Assembly (NCBI GenBank): GCA_043228905.1
Contig: JBHGNT010000012.1
Location: 13,826,001 to 13,890,000 of the forward strand
Length of the DNA stretch: 64,000 bases
Source: Azolla caroliniana
Lineage: Eukaryota > Plantae > Polypodiophyta
Direction of reading: 5' to 3'
Below are positions 21,687 to 35,109 of the stretch, piece by piece. The notes under the pieces are model-generated. The model was given only the letters and a program-made list of their open reading frames with translations. It ran no database searches and had not been told where the DNA came from. A program made the translations under genes and the position numbers. The first letter of the stretch is position 1, and each line of letters opens with the position of its first letter.

Positions 21687-24600
21687 TCATTTCTTGAACG
21701 CTTTGATCCTCTTCCCCGCTACCGGTATCGCCATTCTCATACCGTCGAGCTCCGCGAGATGGTACATCCCATTGTCGTTGGTGCCTGTTACTACGTAAGG
21801 CCCGAACCACCTCCTTGCAAACTTCCGCGTGGCTGTATGCTGATTGTCGAGGCTGCTGTCGTAGACTAGGACCCAGTCGCCTTCCTCGATCTTCCTTGGC
21901 CGGACCCGGTGCGTTCGGTCGAACCGGGCTTTGTTCCTTATCCTCGCTACCCGAAGTTTCTCCGCGGCTCGCTCTACGTCCTCTGGCCTCCGCTTGAGCT
22001 GTCGAATCCGCGCCGCCAATAGTTCCTCCCGGCTCATCTCATCCCTCCAATCCATCGTGTCCCACAAGGAGATCATTCGCTCTGTTGGCATGATCGGCTT
22101 CTGTCCGAACATAAGCTCTGCCGGCATGAACCCGGTTACCGAACTGTGTGTAGTCCGGTCTGCCCACAAGGCATAAGGTAGCAGCCGTGGCCAGTTCCTG
22201 ACTTGGCCTCCGCACGACCGTACTAGCGCTTTGACAATCGGCCCGTGTTCGCGCTCTACCTTCCCGTTCGCGTCCGGATTGTACGCTGTGGTGAGCGAAA
22301 GTTGGACTCCTAGCCGGTCGAACAGCTCTTTGGCCTCTTCTGCGTCCAACTCACCACGGTCAGCCACGATCTTCCCTACGCACCCGTATCGACATACCAC
22401 GTCCTCAATCAAAAACCGGCACACGACTGCAGTCGTCTTGTTCTGCAAGGCTCGGCCTTCAACCTGGTTCGTTAGATCCTCCCAAGCCAACACCAGATAC
22501 CGCATCTGTCCTACCCCCATTGGCATCATCACCAAATCCACCATCCACTTGAAGTGGACAGTCGGAGGGTAGGTCGGGTGAAGCTCGTCCCGGTGTCAGA
22601 TCATGGAGTGCACCTGACAGCTTTTGCAAGTCGTCACGAACCGATGCACGTCCCGGTATAGTCCCGACCACCAGTACTTCCCCTTTAGCTTTTCGAACGT
22701 GGCCCACGTTCCACGGTGTCCAGCCCAAGGACTATCATGGTATGCCACCAGCAAATACTCCTGTTGCCCCTTCTTTGCCACCACTCGGAGCAGGATGTCG
22801 TTTCTCTTCTTCGGGTGCTTCCATATGTACCCGTCCCGGAGAAAGAATCGGTACACTTTCTTCCGAATCCGGTTGGCCTCATCCTTTGTCCATGCCGCGT
22901 CCGGTGTCATTGTTTTCAGGAACCCGCCGATCTGCAACCACTCCCCGTTGTACTTGCTCTCGTCGAAATCGTTAAGCGTTGGAGTGCATTCCCTGCCGGT
23001 TCTTAGGTAAGCCGCCTCGAAGAAGTCTACGCCGACTTCCTCGTCCTCCGAAACCATGCCGCCCTCGTTTTCGAACCTCGCCCTTCAAAGCATGTTGGTC
23101 ATGGCATTGTCTTTCCCAGAAATGTGTCATACTTCCGGATTCAGGGACTTGATGTACGCTATCCACCTGAGCATTGCCAGGTCCGGCGTCGCGCATCCGG
23201 AAACCATGCCAAGAGTTGGCAGGCAGTCCATCTCGATAATTACCTCTGTCCCGATCAGGTAGTCTTTATCGGCCTTTACCACCGAAACGATACCCCAGAG
23301 CTCGCGTTTAACCTGGGCGTATCCTCACTGTCGCTCGCTGAGGACCTTCGCGCCGAACCAGATTGGGAAATGCATGCCGTCCTCGTCCTCTTGGTTGACG
23401 ACCCATCCGAACCCGGTCGGACTCGTGTCTACCGTTACGTAAATTGGAGTGTCCTTTCCGTAGACAGCCTTTCGGAGCGCCGGAGCTGCGGCAAGTGCTT
23501 CCTTCAACTTTCAGACAGACTCCGTATGCTCGTCTCGCCACTCGAATTTTCGCCCCTTTTTCAGCAACCCGTATAACGGCTCCGCGACGTGGGCGTAATG
23601 CAGGAACCATATGTGGTAGAACGCGCATGCTCCCAAGAACCTCTGAACCTCCGTGATCGAGCTACAATCGTGCTTCATCGCGGAGATGGCTTCTACCTTA
23701 GCCGGAGATGGTTTGCGGCCATACGACCCGCATAGGTGTCCGACGACCATGATCTCTGATTGCCCGAAGGCCGATTTTCCTCCGGAGAAGGTGAGCCTCG
23801 TGCCCTCTAACCTCTGCAGCACCTTCTCGAAGTCATCTATGTGCGTCGCCACGAATTTCCGGCACCCGTCCGGTCCGATCGTCTCGTCCTTTTCCTCCAC
23901 CGGGCATCCCTTGATCGGGATGTCGTCCAAGAACGTCATGGTGATGTCCGGGATGCAGTTCCTGAGCACTTTGTTCATCGCGTTCACCATGTGAGCCACT
24001 GAGTTCGTCCCTCCTTGTGGCAGGGTACACATCCGCACTAGGCCGAGAGGAGTCCGCATCGTCGTAATGTCTCTGCTCTCCACGGCTAGTTGGAATGGAT
24101 CGTACCCCGAGTACAGATCACCGACATAATAGATCGACCTTCCAACGAAGGCCTCCGCGAACTCGTCTATGGTCGGTCCGATCCCTGCATTACGGATGGT
24201 CACCTTGTTGACCGGTTGTAGGTCCTGGATGAAGCGCAGCGTGCCGTTCTTCTTCGGCACCGTAAACCGCCGATTCGAATACGGGGCACTCAACGGTTCG
24301 AGGATACCCATCTCCACCTTTTGCTTCAGGAGCTCCATCAACTTTGGGATGTGAGCTCTTGGCACCGGAATCGGCTTGAGATTCCACGGTACATGCGGTA
24401 CCGTGAAGATCACCATCGGTTCAACAACTGTCGGGTCTACGCACCCGATCTCCTCCGGTGAGAATGCGAAAGCCTTCCCGTGCCTTCCGAGCATTCTCCG
24501 AAACTGGTCCTCCTCTGCCGGCAGTAGGAAGCTGCCCCCACCGACCTTGACCTCTTGTAGCGTTATGTCAGTGAACCGGTGCCCTATGCCAGCCGGATTC

Positions 24601-25100
24601 CGTAAACTTGGGTCCGACGCGACCCCTTTTATCCGCTCCTCGCTACCCTCCGGCAAGGGTGTCGCGACTGGCCTCACCTTCCAGTCCACAGTCTTGTATT
24701 TCGTATCCACGCGGGCCATCCGATCCGACCCAATCCTTTCCCCGAAGTCCGGGATGACTTCGTACATTCCCATCGATCCTACTGGAACAGTCCGGTCTTC
24801 TCTAAGGTCTTCATCGATCACGTTTCGTAGTTCGCCCAAGGTGTCGTCAAAAGAGACCGCCTCCACGGCGCCGCTGATGTCTTCATCGGGGAAGAGGACT
24901 CCGCATCCCTTGAGCCGCTCCTCCGCTCGCTTCCTCTCCCGGCCGCTAAGGCCAGTTATAGTACAACCTCCGTTGTCGGAGAACCAAAACTTCCTACCCA
25001 TGGTACAAGTCTTCTTCCATACTGTACATTTGTGGGGTTGTTCTCGGGAGTCCGGACTATCACGACCCCACGCTTTGATATCCCTCTCGAAAAATCCCCT
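21687..25100 (-). pseudogene. pol: E pol: RT, RNase H and integrase (no chromodomain)
   Basis: GDLYSGY, LPQGGTNS and FLDDIPIKG (RT); VDTSPTGFGW (RNase H); HDSPWAGH..CKSC, ADRGE, ANGKVE and WFGPY (integrase). Confidence 0.92.
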
Positions 25101-26790
25101 CGGGTTTCGCTACCAAGGGCCTCGCGGTTACGCTCGTGGTTTGGTCTTACCGTTAGGAACTGGACCGAGTGGCGCCCGTCCTGGCTTTCGACTCTTGCAT
25201 AGGCTGAACCGTTGTCCAGCACCTTGGTCTCCATCCGTGCCGCCGTGATATATGGCTCTCCTAGTATAACCGGATGTGAGGACGTCTCCTGCACGAAGAA
25301 GTGTTGGTCGATCTCGACATCGCCGATTTTCACCCGTACGTTCGGACAGGCCCCATATAGTTCTTCCGTGGCGCGCAACGCTGCCCGTATCTTCCAGCCA
25401 TTCTTGTAGAAGTCCATGGACACCAAATTGATTTCTGAACCGTGGTCCACCAACGCCACCACCGGTTCATGAACATCTCCGATCTTCACGGGGGTCTCCG
25501 TGGTCGCTCTGGCCCAGTGCAGCCTTGAATAGTGGCTCTCCGCCAACTCGTCTTCCAGCGCCATGTCCTCTATGTGCGTCTTCCGCACCTCCACCGGCTT
25601 CTCCGGTTCTGTCTCCGTCGACAGCCTCTTCCTCTTCACCAAGTCTACGATGGAGTCGTGGAACTCTTTCTTAGCGATCCCGAGCATTTCCCTCAACGAT
25701 AGTTCCACCTTGCTGTCGAGGATTCGTTCTTCCAGGACCTTTCACAGGTCCGTGGATCTTTCGATTTCTATGCCCAGCCGGTACCCGCCCCTCTTGGGAT
25801 TATCCTAGGCGTCGGTTACACCGGCCTCATTCCGCCTTTGCCCGAATCGAGTTTCATATCGTTGTGAGGGCCCGCCCCCCCGGGTTTTTCCTGCCCGCTT
25901 GTCCTCCACTAGAGCCTCGAAATTTTGACAAGCGGCTTTGACGAAGCCCGTCTTTTTTTCCACTGGGTCACTCCACCCGGTTACCTCCCGGACCCATTTT
26001 CCACGCGGTCTGCCTCTTCTTTCCTTAGTCATGCGCCGGCGAGGCCTTCTAGCATCGTCGGCCAGAACCCGGCTTTGTTTGTCTTCAAGGCCTCGCCACC
26101 TCTGACCGGAATATCAGTTGACGCCGAGTAGTGGACGGTCTCCGCGTGACGAGCCGCCGCCTCCTCCATCAGCCTTTTCATACCCCCTCGCCCGACGTTC
26201 AGCTCCAGGGCCCTTCGGGTCTCGTTGGCGTGCACCCTACCGTTCCACAGGTACACCAGGTTGCTTCTCATCGCCTCGGTGAAGTCCCCGCATTCCTTCC
26301 GGATGTGGCCAACCGCGTCACACCACATGCACCTGTTTTTAGCCAGAGGTCGTCGGTCACGGGCCTGTTCGCCACCATCCCTCCGTGCCTGGGCGATCTG
26401 GAGATCCTTTACCATCCGCGTTAGTTCCTCCAGAGCTGCTCCCCCGGACGAGCCCTTGACCATGCCGGTCGAAGCCGATCCGGTCTTGAGCCAATCTCGG
26501 GTCTCTTCCCTTCGCGTTGGTGGTGTTGGCTCGAACTTCCTTGCTACGACAGAGCCCGCCCCTGTCGATCCTTTCTCAACCCATTCCCACCGTTTGTCGA
26601 AACGGCCACAGACCCTCTTCACCACGGCCCAGTCGGCCGTCAGCCCATCATCAGTCTCCAATAGGAGGCCTACTTGCTCCCGATCCCGCTCGTCAACTGA
26701 CTTAACAAACAATAGGACACGACTTGTGTCCAAAATGGTCCGGTCAAGCACCGAGAGGCGCGCGAAGCGTTTCTCAAACTCCCGGAGGAA
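25090..26790 (-). pseudogene. gag: E gag and protease (frameshifted, N-terminally truncated)
   Basis: Knuckle CMWCDAVGHIRKEC and protease ALVDHGSEINLV. Confidence 0.85.
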
Positions 26791-27492
26791 TAGGTGAGAA
26801 GAGGGAGAGAGAGAGAGAGAGAGACGCTCACACAAGTATAGACAAAGAAGCGCACAGGGACGCGGCCTAACAACACAGGAGACACGAGTTGAGCAGGAGA
26901 TAGAGTATAAGAACACTAGTGTATGTATTTGTATGTATGCAGACGACTCGAATGGTTACAGCCGATCAGGTCGGCGAGATGGATGCCGACGCCTGATCAC
27001 CCATGCATACGGGGGAGCAAGATGGAGATCCCCATCAGTTCGACAACTGTCGGGTCTACCCACCCGAGCAGGTCGGTGAGATGGATGCCAACGCCTGATC
27101 ACCCACGCACACGGGGGAGCAAGATGGAGATTCTGCCGGAAGCACACGGGCGTTCCACGGAGCAGAATCAGCCTCTCGAGAACTTGCGCAAAAGAAAGCT
27201 ATGGAGAACGACAGAGAAGAAGAGCTCGGTCCCAGTCTGACACCACTTCCTCCCCTCTAGCGCGCGATCCCTTCTCTCCCCGTCTCCCTCTCTTTTATAG
27301 CTCAAGGAGGGAGGTCGTTTCACCCGTTTACATCACATTAATTCGCTGTCCTTTCGGATAGGGATACTCCTCGATTCTCCCTATAGAATATTGCTACCTA
27401 TCTACTATACAACAAGGGGCGTGCCCACGTGTAAGGGCCGGTTCACACACGTTATACACGGTTTGCGCCTGGGGACGGTTTTCTTCACGACA
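26785..27492 (-). repeat. E 5' LTR (truncated, with an internal duplication and pol-derived filler)
   Basis: Matches 20925-21526 apart from a ~102-nt insertion near 27030. Confidence 0.9.
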
Positions 27493-27951
27493 CCGTTCTG
27501 CCGTAACCATTTCTTGGTGGCTTTAGACAACGTTTGGCAGTCCATCTCTACGTCGAGGTCAGAGGGCCTTGGCGAGGTTTGATGGTGGGGAGAGTGTGAG
27601 AGAGAAAGTTCCGAGGGAGGGGGTTCTCTGTGTGCGAGCTCTCTACGATTTATCTTCACGCGTTGCTCTACGTCTGTTCTTCTTGGTTCGCGATAGGAGA
27701 AAGTCTCAATGCGTGGGGGTTTTTCTCTCTACATCTTGGCGCCTTTTTCGAGCCTCCGCATGTGCAGGTCGTGTACTATAATAGCATTGCGTGCCATGTG
27801 GCGGTGGTTTAATGTCCTATTCATAGCTCCTCGTACCTTTTCGACATGCCTCTTTACTCCTCGTGTGCATGGCCGTTTCCACCACTCCTTTCCATGATTT
27901 ATTTGATTCGCTCCTTTATTCTCCTTTTTTTTTTTTTTAAAACTTGTGTGG

Positions 27952-30900
27952 TTAGTTTTTCTCCGGTCCTGTCGGACCCTTGCCCGAAGCGTGCAACTTG
28001 CCGGCCTCTTGACGGTTTGCCGTCGTTCTGCTCTCCTCGGTTGCCGGCTCATGCTTCTCCTTACTGGCTTGGTGGTAGCCGTCGTCTTCACCGGTTGCCG
28101 TTATGGTTGGCCTGCCGGCGTCTGATTCGGTGGCGGCCCTTCGTTCAAATGGGTTCTTAGGCATAGGTCCTTTGTATGGTTTTAGTCTAAATCCGTTGAC
28201 CCATTTGCCCAACACTTCTCCGGCAAGTGTCTCCAACTGGTAGGACCCATTGAACTCGCGTGTGATCCAGTACGGTCCGGTCCATTAAACCGTAGTTTAC
28301 CTGGCATTTTGCCCATTCGGGTCTGGAACACGAGTATCGGCTTGCCGGTTCCGAACATCTTCTCGTTTCCCTTCCGGTGCCGATCTACAAATGCTCTCCG
28401 TCTCCGTTGTTCCAATTCCAGGTGCATAATGCTCGCCAGTCGGTGTTCTTCTAGTTCGCACAGAGCCTTTAACCGAATTGCCTCCGATTCCTTTTCGTTC
28501 AATCGTTCCCTAATTTGAATCCGTAAGCTTGGTACCTGGAACTCGACCGACATGACTGCCTCCAATCCGAATGCTAACCGGAACGGTGTTGTCCGAATGC
28601 TTGTTTTGTACGCTATCCGGTAAGCCCAAAGCGCACTGTGCAGCTTTGTGTCCCAATCTGTTCGATTTTCATTGACGATCTTCCGGAGGATATTCTAGAG
28701 CGTTTTGTTCATCGACTCAGCTAACCCATTTGCTTGCGGATATTACGGTGTGCTTCTTTTATGGACTACCGCATAGAACGTCGTCAAACTTTCTACCACC
28801 TGCCCAAGAAAGTGCCCTCCTTGGTCGCTTATCAGCTGTATGGGGCATCCGTACTGGCACCAAATGCATTCATATAAGAATTTCGCCGTTGACGCCGCTG
28901 TGTTGTCTCATAGGGCTTTCGCTTCCACCCACTTAGTGCAATAATCCGTCGCGACGATCACGTACCGGTTGCCGGTTCTCATTGCCGGTGGTTTAAATGG
29001 CCCGATGAAATCCAGCCCCCATTTCTGGAATGGTTCTAGTGGTAGGACTAGCTGGTGTGGCATCCGAGCTTGTTCTGTTGGCTGATCCATTCGCTGGCAT
29101 AGATCACACTCCTTCGCATACTTGACTGCATCTTTCAATGTGGTTGGCCACCATAGGCCACTTTGCCATACTTTCCTTGTCGTCGCATCTCCGGCATAAT
29201 GGCCTCCGGCAACTCCGCAGTGTGCCTCCCGTAGTATTACCTCCTTTTCGTCGTTGTGCACCGCTCGTCGCCAGATACCGTCCGCACCTTTGTGGTATAG
29301 TGTGTCCTATAATAAACAGAAGTGTCGGCTCTGTACTGCGAGGCGTTTTCTCTCATCCCGGTTCATCTCCTCCGGAGGCAATCCGGTACTCAGAAACTGG
29401 TGCATATTAGTTAGCCACTTATATTCTTGTCCCACCATTTCATCTGTTGCCGTTTCCGTAGTGACTCGAAAAAGCTGTGCATCCGAAAACTCGTCCGATA
29501 CTCTGTCAACTATCTCCCCGGAATCTAACCGGCTTAGATAATCTGCGACCGCATGCTGTATGCTGGGTCGGTGGAATATCTCGAATTCGAACTCTTGCAA
29601 CAACAAAGTCCACCGGGCTAGCTTACCGGTAAGTGACGCTTTGGATACTAGGTAGAGGAGTGTCGAATGATCTACATGGAAGGAGAACTTTCTTCCCAAT
29701 AAATAATGCCTGAATTTTGTTACACTGTAGATCATTCCTAAAGCCTCCCTTTCCGTGGTAGAATAATTTTGTTCCTCTTGGGATAGCTTCCGGTTGGCAT
29801 AGTATACTGGTCGGTACCACCTTGGCTTGGTAAGCTGCATGAGCGCGCTGCCGATTGCGATATCGGAAGCGTCCACAAACACATGAAACTCTGTCGTTCC
29901 AATCCGGAGGCTGCACTACCGGTGCTTGTGACAATAACACCTTTAGTGCCCGGTACGCCTGGTTTTCGATGTCGGTCCATTGGAACGGTGTTCGATGTAC
30001 TGCCGTATGCAGAGGTGTAGCCAAGTCTGCCAAATATCGGAGCATACGGCTATGCCAGCGGATTTGTCCTAGGAAACGACTCAATGCCTTTGTCGTTGCC
30101 GTTGCGGGTGCTTCCCGGATTGCTTTCACTTTGTGCGGATCTACGGCAATGCCTTCCTTGCTTACTATATGCCCTAGTAGCGTTCTGCTGAACACTCCAA
30201 ATACACACTTCGTCCGATTCAGGCTTAGCCGGTACGCCCTACACTTCTCTAGACATAGTCTGAGATGCTGCAAATGATCTTCTTCTCTACTATAGATGGC
30301 GAAGTCGTCAAGGAACACCTGCATAAAAGCCGGTATGTATTCGCCAAAGATCTCCATGATGATCCGTTGGAATGTTGTTGGTGCCGTTTTCAGCCCGAAC
30401 ATCATCACCACCGCAACAAACACTCCCCTTTCGGTGACAAAAGCCATTTTCTCTTGATCCTCAGGGTGCATCCGGATCTGATTATACCTGCTGAATCCGT
30501 CTAAGAAACTGTAGACTTCATGGCCATCGACGACACCCAAAACTCCATCCGTAAACGGAAGTGGAAATGCATCCGTTACCGTTGACGCATTGAGCTTCCG
30601 GTAGTCGACACAAACTCTAATTTTGCCGTTCTTTTTCGGTACGACTACAATCGGGCCCAGCCATGTAGATTTCTTTACGGGACGGATGAAGCCGACCCTC
30701 AGTGATTTGTCGATCTCCTCCTTGACTTTGGCGGCGTAGTTTGGGTTCATCCGGTACCGACGTTGTGCCACCGGCTTGGCGTCTTTGCTCAGATGTATCT
30801 GGTGCTGATACAATTGAGGATCCAGGCCTCTCATATCCTCGTACGACCAGGCAAAGACGTCGCGAAACTCGTTGAGGAGTGTAATTATCGCCGTTTTGTT

Positions 30901-33633
30901 CTCTGCATTCATTTCTTTGGCGATGTGCACCGGGTTTGCCTCCTCCGCCGTTCCTAGATTTACCTCTTCTAATTGGGACGCTTTTACGCGTTGGGATACG
31001 ACCATTTCCCTTTCCAACGCCTCCTGTGCATGCCGTAACTCCCAGATTGTTTCTTTATCCGGTTCCGCTTCAGTTTCGTCCAGTTGCAGTAAGTAGGGCG
31101 TCAATTTCGAATAGGGGTACAATCTTCGGGTTCTCCAGCAAGTACTGCTCTTCTTCTTCGTCTGCAAATCCCTCCAGCATATTGACACACTCCGCATATA
31201 ACGGTGTCAGATCCTTGTCGGTGCCCTTCCTTTGTTGTGTTGGTACCCGTACCTTCGCTTTTCCCCGCCGAAACGTAATCATATTCCTCCTCCAGTTCTG
31301 CTTGATATGTGCCGTTTTTAACCAAGGGCGTCCCAACAATAAGGGGTACGCTCCTTGAGCCTGCAACTAGAGAACTACGGCTGAGATTCGGAATGTGTGG
31401 CCCCCGATGGTTACTTCCAAATTTCGTATTAATCCTGTCGGTCGCACCGAGCTTGTGTCAGCCATTCGGAGCCAGAACAGACATCGCTCCCACTCTCGGA
31501 TTCCAAGAGCATCGCATGTCCGGAGGCTGATTACATTAACGTTGGAGCCTCCGTCTATTATCGTGTCGGGGAGTTCTATCCCTTTCACAATGGCCGTAAT
31601 TGTCGGACTGTTGGTGTTCACCACGGCCAGTCCTTCTTCCAGATTTGACAAGAATGCCGGAGCCGGTGGTGTTCCGCCTGTCGTCATGCCGGACTTGAGT
31701 CCTTCTGTGAATCTTGGTACTAGCTGCAAGAGTTGTCCTAACGGTAGCATGATCTAGCATTCCTGCAATATCTGCCATGTCACGTTTTCGGACTGACTGC
31801 CACCGGCGAGCTCTTCGTTGTTCTCCTTATGTTGCGCGAGTTCTGCTACGTTTCGCTCATTTGCCTTTTTCACCCATTCCGTTGCCTGTTTCCGAATGGC
31901 CTCTTGTGTCTCCCATTCCATAGTCTTCCCCTTCGACCTTGTGGTGACCTGCTGGAGGTCTACGACTTCGGTGACTACCATGTTTACTACCGGTCGCTTA
32001 TCATAGCTTTTTGCCGGACATTGATTACTATAATGTCCTTCTTGCCGGCAGTAATAGCAATATGCTTTCCGGGTGTTGCTGGATTCGGCATTGTTTCCTG
32101 TACCCGGTGGAGGACTTGTGGTAACCGCGGGGCTCTGGTCTGGTTGGCTGCTTGAGGCGCCTTTTTCCGGTTCACGTGGGTGGCTCCCGTTTTTGAAATG
32201 TCATTTTTTATTAAAGTTCGTTTTGTTGCGGTACCCTTGCCGGGGTTGGTCGTCATACCTCCCGTAATCTTCCCATCGTTGGTGATACCTAGGGGAGTGA
32301 TCCCGGTTGTGATGCTCGTACCGTCCATTGTCATCTCGGTACTTGTCATATCTCTTGTACCGGTCGTAGTTGTCTTGCCGATTGTCGTACCGAACATCTT
32401 GTGCCGATCAATATCGCTCCTCTCGTTGCCAGCGTTCGTCTTCTTCGTCTCGGCTGCTACGTGGCTCGATTTGCTGGACTGGTGGAGCTTGCCGATTCAA
32501 TAAGTTATATTCGCACCAGTCCATCGTGTGGCTCGTAGATTGGTAGAGTAAGCAATGCGTCCGCATGGTGCACTACAGTGACGAGTGTCCGGAATTCAAG
32601 CAGGTCGTGCATTGGATTGCTTACCGGAAACGGAGATCCTCATCAGTTGGTAATGCTCATTGGAGGGCTCCCATTGTTAGCCAAGAGCTCGTTTTTTCCA
32701 TTTCTCTAACCCGATCGACGCTGCTTGTGCGAAAGTCAATGACCGTGCATACCGTTCGTAGAGGTTCCTGGAGCGCTGCTAAAAATATAGCCCGCGTTTC
32801 TTCCTCCGAAGGCGCGCGGGTAAGCTGGCTGTGCATCCGTTGAAACTGGATTTCAAACTGCGGGATGCTCTCCCCGGGATCCTACCGAATTGTATAAAAT
32901 AAGCCCACCATTTCTCGCTGATCCACCTGCTTCTGGAAGAAGTGCAAGAATTTGTCTTTTAGGTCCGCAAAGGTGGTGATGGTGTTGCGATCCTGCGTCT
33001 GGTGCCATCTGGCGGCCGATCCTTCTAATGTTACGCCGAATTCGGCTATCTTGGATCGTTCCTCTTTTGCTGCGGTTAGCCGTTGTGACACATGGTTCGC
33101 TTCCCATATTTGTTCAAATGCGTGAACATGAGCCTCCGCATCCGGGTCATCCCGATACTTGGAGTATTGGAACGACATATCGTCGTCGGTGTCGGTACGC
33201 GGCCTGGCGGTGTCGGTGGTCTTTCCTGCTGTTCAGCCGGCGTCTGCGGTCTTTGCCGGTCTTCCTTTGGTGTTGCCGGCTCGACTTCCGGTGTTGGAAG
33301 TTTTTGCCGGTGCACTTCCATCTCCGGAGGTTGCTCCACGACGAGTGCCGGAGGTTCTCGGTCTGCCAACTCTGGTTCCGGTGTCGGTAAGGTATCCTCG
33401 TCCTCGTCCTCTGGTCTTCCTGGGGTGTCGTTACTGCTGCGATAGTTCGTATGCATGCTGTAACCCCCTTCCGAATCCGATTCCAGTGCTGAAAATGCTT
33501 CGGATTCGCCGTCTCTTCCCGCCAAGACTTGGAGAAGGGTTTCTGCTTCCCGGACGCTGCTTAAGTTGCTTCCTTCATCCGGGTAGGCGTTTTGTTGTAG
33601 ACGGAGCGACTCCTCAGCCACTTTCAAGATCAC
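27952..33633 (-). pseudogene. pol: D gag-pol (gag, protease, RT, RNase H, integrase), degenerate
   Basis: Knuckle [57 protein letters not shown]...CDLC and WGLDFIGP. Confidence 0.93.
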
Positions 33634-33811
33634 TTTGGAAAATGATCGATCCGTTCGGATTTCTTCCGCTGCTTGCTAAAAAGCCTCTCGCCGCCGTCTC
33701 CGTTCAGCAAGTCTTCGTGCTCTCTCCGTAACCGGGTCGTCTGTTGGCCTAGTCATCCATTCCTGCAGCTATTCACTGCGATAATGCAGGAATCGTGGTC
33801 GCCAAAAACTG

Positions 33812-34271
33812 TGTTATTGCTAGGGCCGGACAACAGCCTAACACAGGGTGTCCACTTAAGACACATCACCAAAGGGTGGTATGGCAGAATGACTTATGGC
33901 ACAACGCTTAATTAGACCTTAATCGATTACTTAGCCATCCGTAATTAGCACGCGTAAGATATAACAATAAATACAGAACGGTAATCAACACTTGAAGATT
34001 AAGACAATAAGCTTTATTAATTATCCACTCCTCATTACATTGTAACCGGGCCTTTATATAGGGCTCCGGTGTGAAATACAAAACGGTGCCAACCGCCTTT
34101 ACGGAATCATTCTGGATCCGGATCGGCATACCAATTCCGGTCCGTCCGTCCACATCTTCTTATATAATAATATGTATATATTAAGATTACTAATTACAAC
34201 AGTTCCCGAATAACTATTCCTTTCACATTCTGGTTTGGACCTCCTTAAGCCTTCTTTGCCGGCCGGTAACA
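33812..34271 (-). repeat. D 5' LTR (460 bp)
   Basis: Direct repeat of 17621-18083. Confidence 0.95.
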
Positions 34272-35109
34272 GTTGTCTTCGGAAATCCTCTTCATCCCCT
34301 TCTAACTCATGTGACACAGTCTTTTGTGCCACAGCTCACTGGTAGTGTCGGATGCTATGTTCACTTCATCAAGTACAGTGTATTGACATTCAGGCCTTGA
34401 GCCACTATTAAGCTCCCTTTGTAGAACTTCATGACACCGTTCCGGATGCTACCTGTGTCGCCTTCATCATCTAGCCAACTAGCTGATATCAGGTTCAGTC
34501 AAACCTCCGAAGCGTGTCGGACATCCTTCAGCAGCAACTCGCATCCGGTTGATGTCATCAACAACATGTCTCCTATGCTGATAATTCAACATGTCCCTTC
34601 ATTCCCCATCCGGCCATAGCCGTGCTCACCGGCTGTGTAGGATGAGAAGAATTTCCAGTCCGGGGTAAGGTGGAACGACGCTCCAGAATCGACAACCCAC
34701 GTGGTCTCGTCGACGGCAAGGTTAAACTCACTCTCCTCGGTGATGAGTGTTAGTTCTTATTCACTTGCCGCGATCGCCGTCGTTCCCTTCCAGTCCGGGC
34801 CTCGCCGATCCGAACCGTTTCGGTTCGGTGAGTTCTTTGAATCAGTATTGTCGGAGCCCGTGTCTTCCTGGAAATGCCGACAATTCTTCTAGAATTGCCC
34901 CGGCTTGCCGCAATAGAAGCAAGTGGGCCTCCCCCTTCACTTTGACCGTGTCCCCGACTTTTCCCAATTCTAGGGACTCCGATTCCTTTGTCTTCCGTGT
35001 TCCGATTCGGTAAGGAGGGCTTTTGCGTCAGAGATAACTTCCTTGTCTTTCCGATGCGCCTCCTCATCTAACAAGCTCGACTTGACTCTTGTTAGGGATA
35101 GTTGTTTTC
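34272..35109 (-). pseudogene. pol: Copia A zinc knuckle, protease and GAG-pre-integrase
   Basis: CFYCGKPG, WVVDSGASFHLTP and LWHKRLCHMS. Confidence 0.88.

Larger units (their letters stand above)
20867..27492 (-). mobile_element. Ty3/Gypsy element E (fungal-like pol); 4-bp TSD CCGT; U5 end, PBS and gag start deleted
   Basis: LTR 20867-21526 and truncated LTR 26785-27492. CCGT at 20863-20866 and 27493-27496. PPT TAGGTGGGGGCGGA at 21527-21540. Confidence 0.92.
17621..34271 (-). mobile_element. Non-chromoviral Ty3/Gypsy element D with an extra 3' ORF; TSD GTTGT
   Basis: LTRs 17621-18083 and 33812-34271. GTTGT at 17616-17620 and 34272-34276. PBS TGGCGACCACG at 33794-33804 (tRNA-Arg-like by my recall) lies 7 nt from the LTR. 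Confidence 0.93.

Noticed and set aside
24376-25248. 290-aa plus-strand ORF and similar antisense ORFs over D and E
   Set aside because: These are shadow ORFs opposite GC-rich gag-pol with no independent motifs.
26785-26916. LTR-initiated N-terminus (MFLYSISC...) of the 295-aa ORF as a new fusion gene
   Set aside because: It arises by chance from the deletion joining LTR to gag, uses a non-ATG start and runs through a CT microsatellite.
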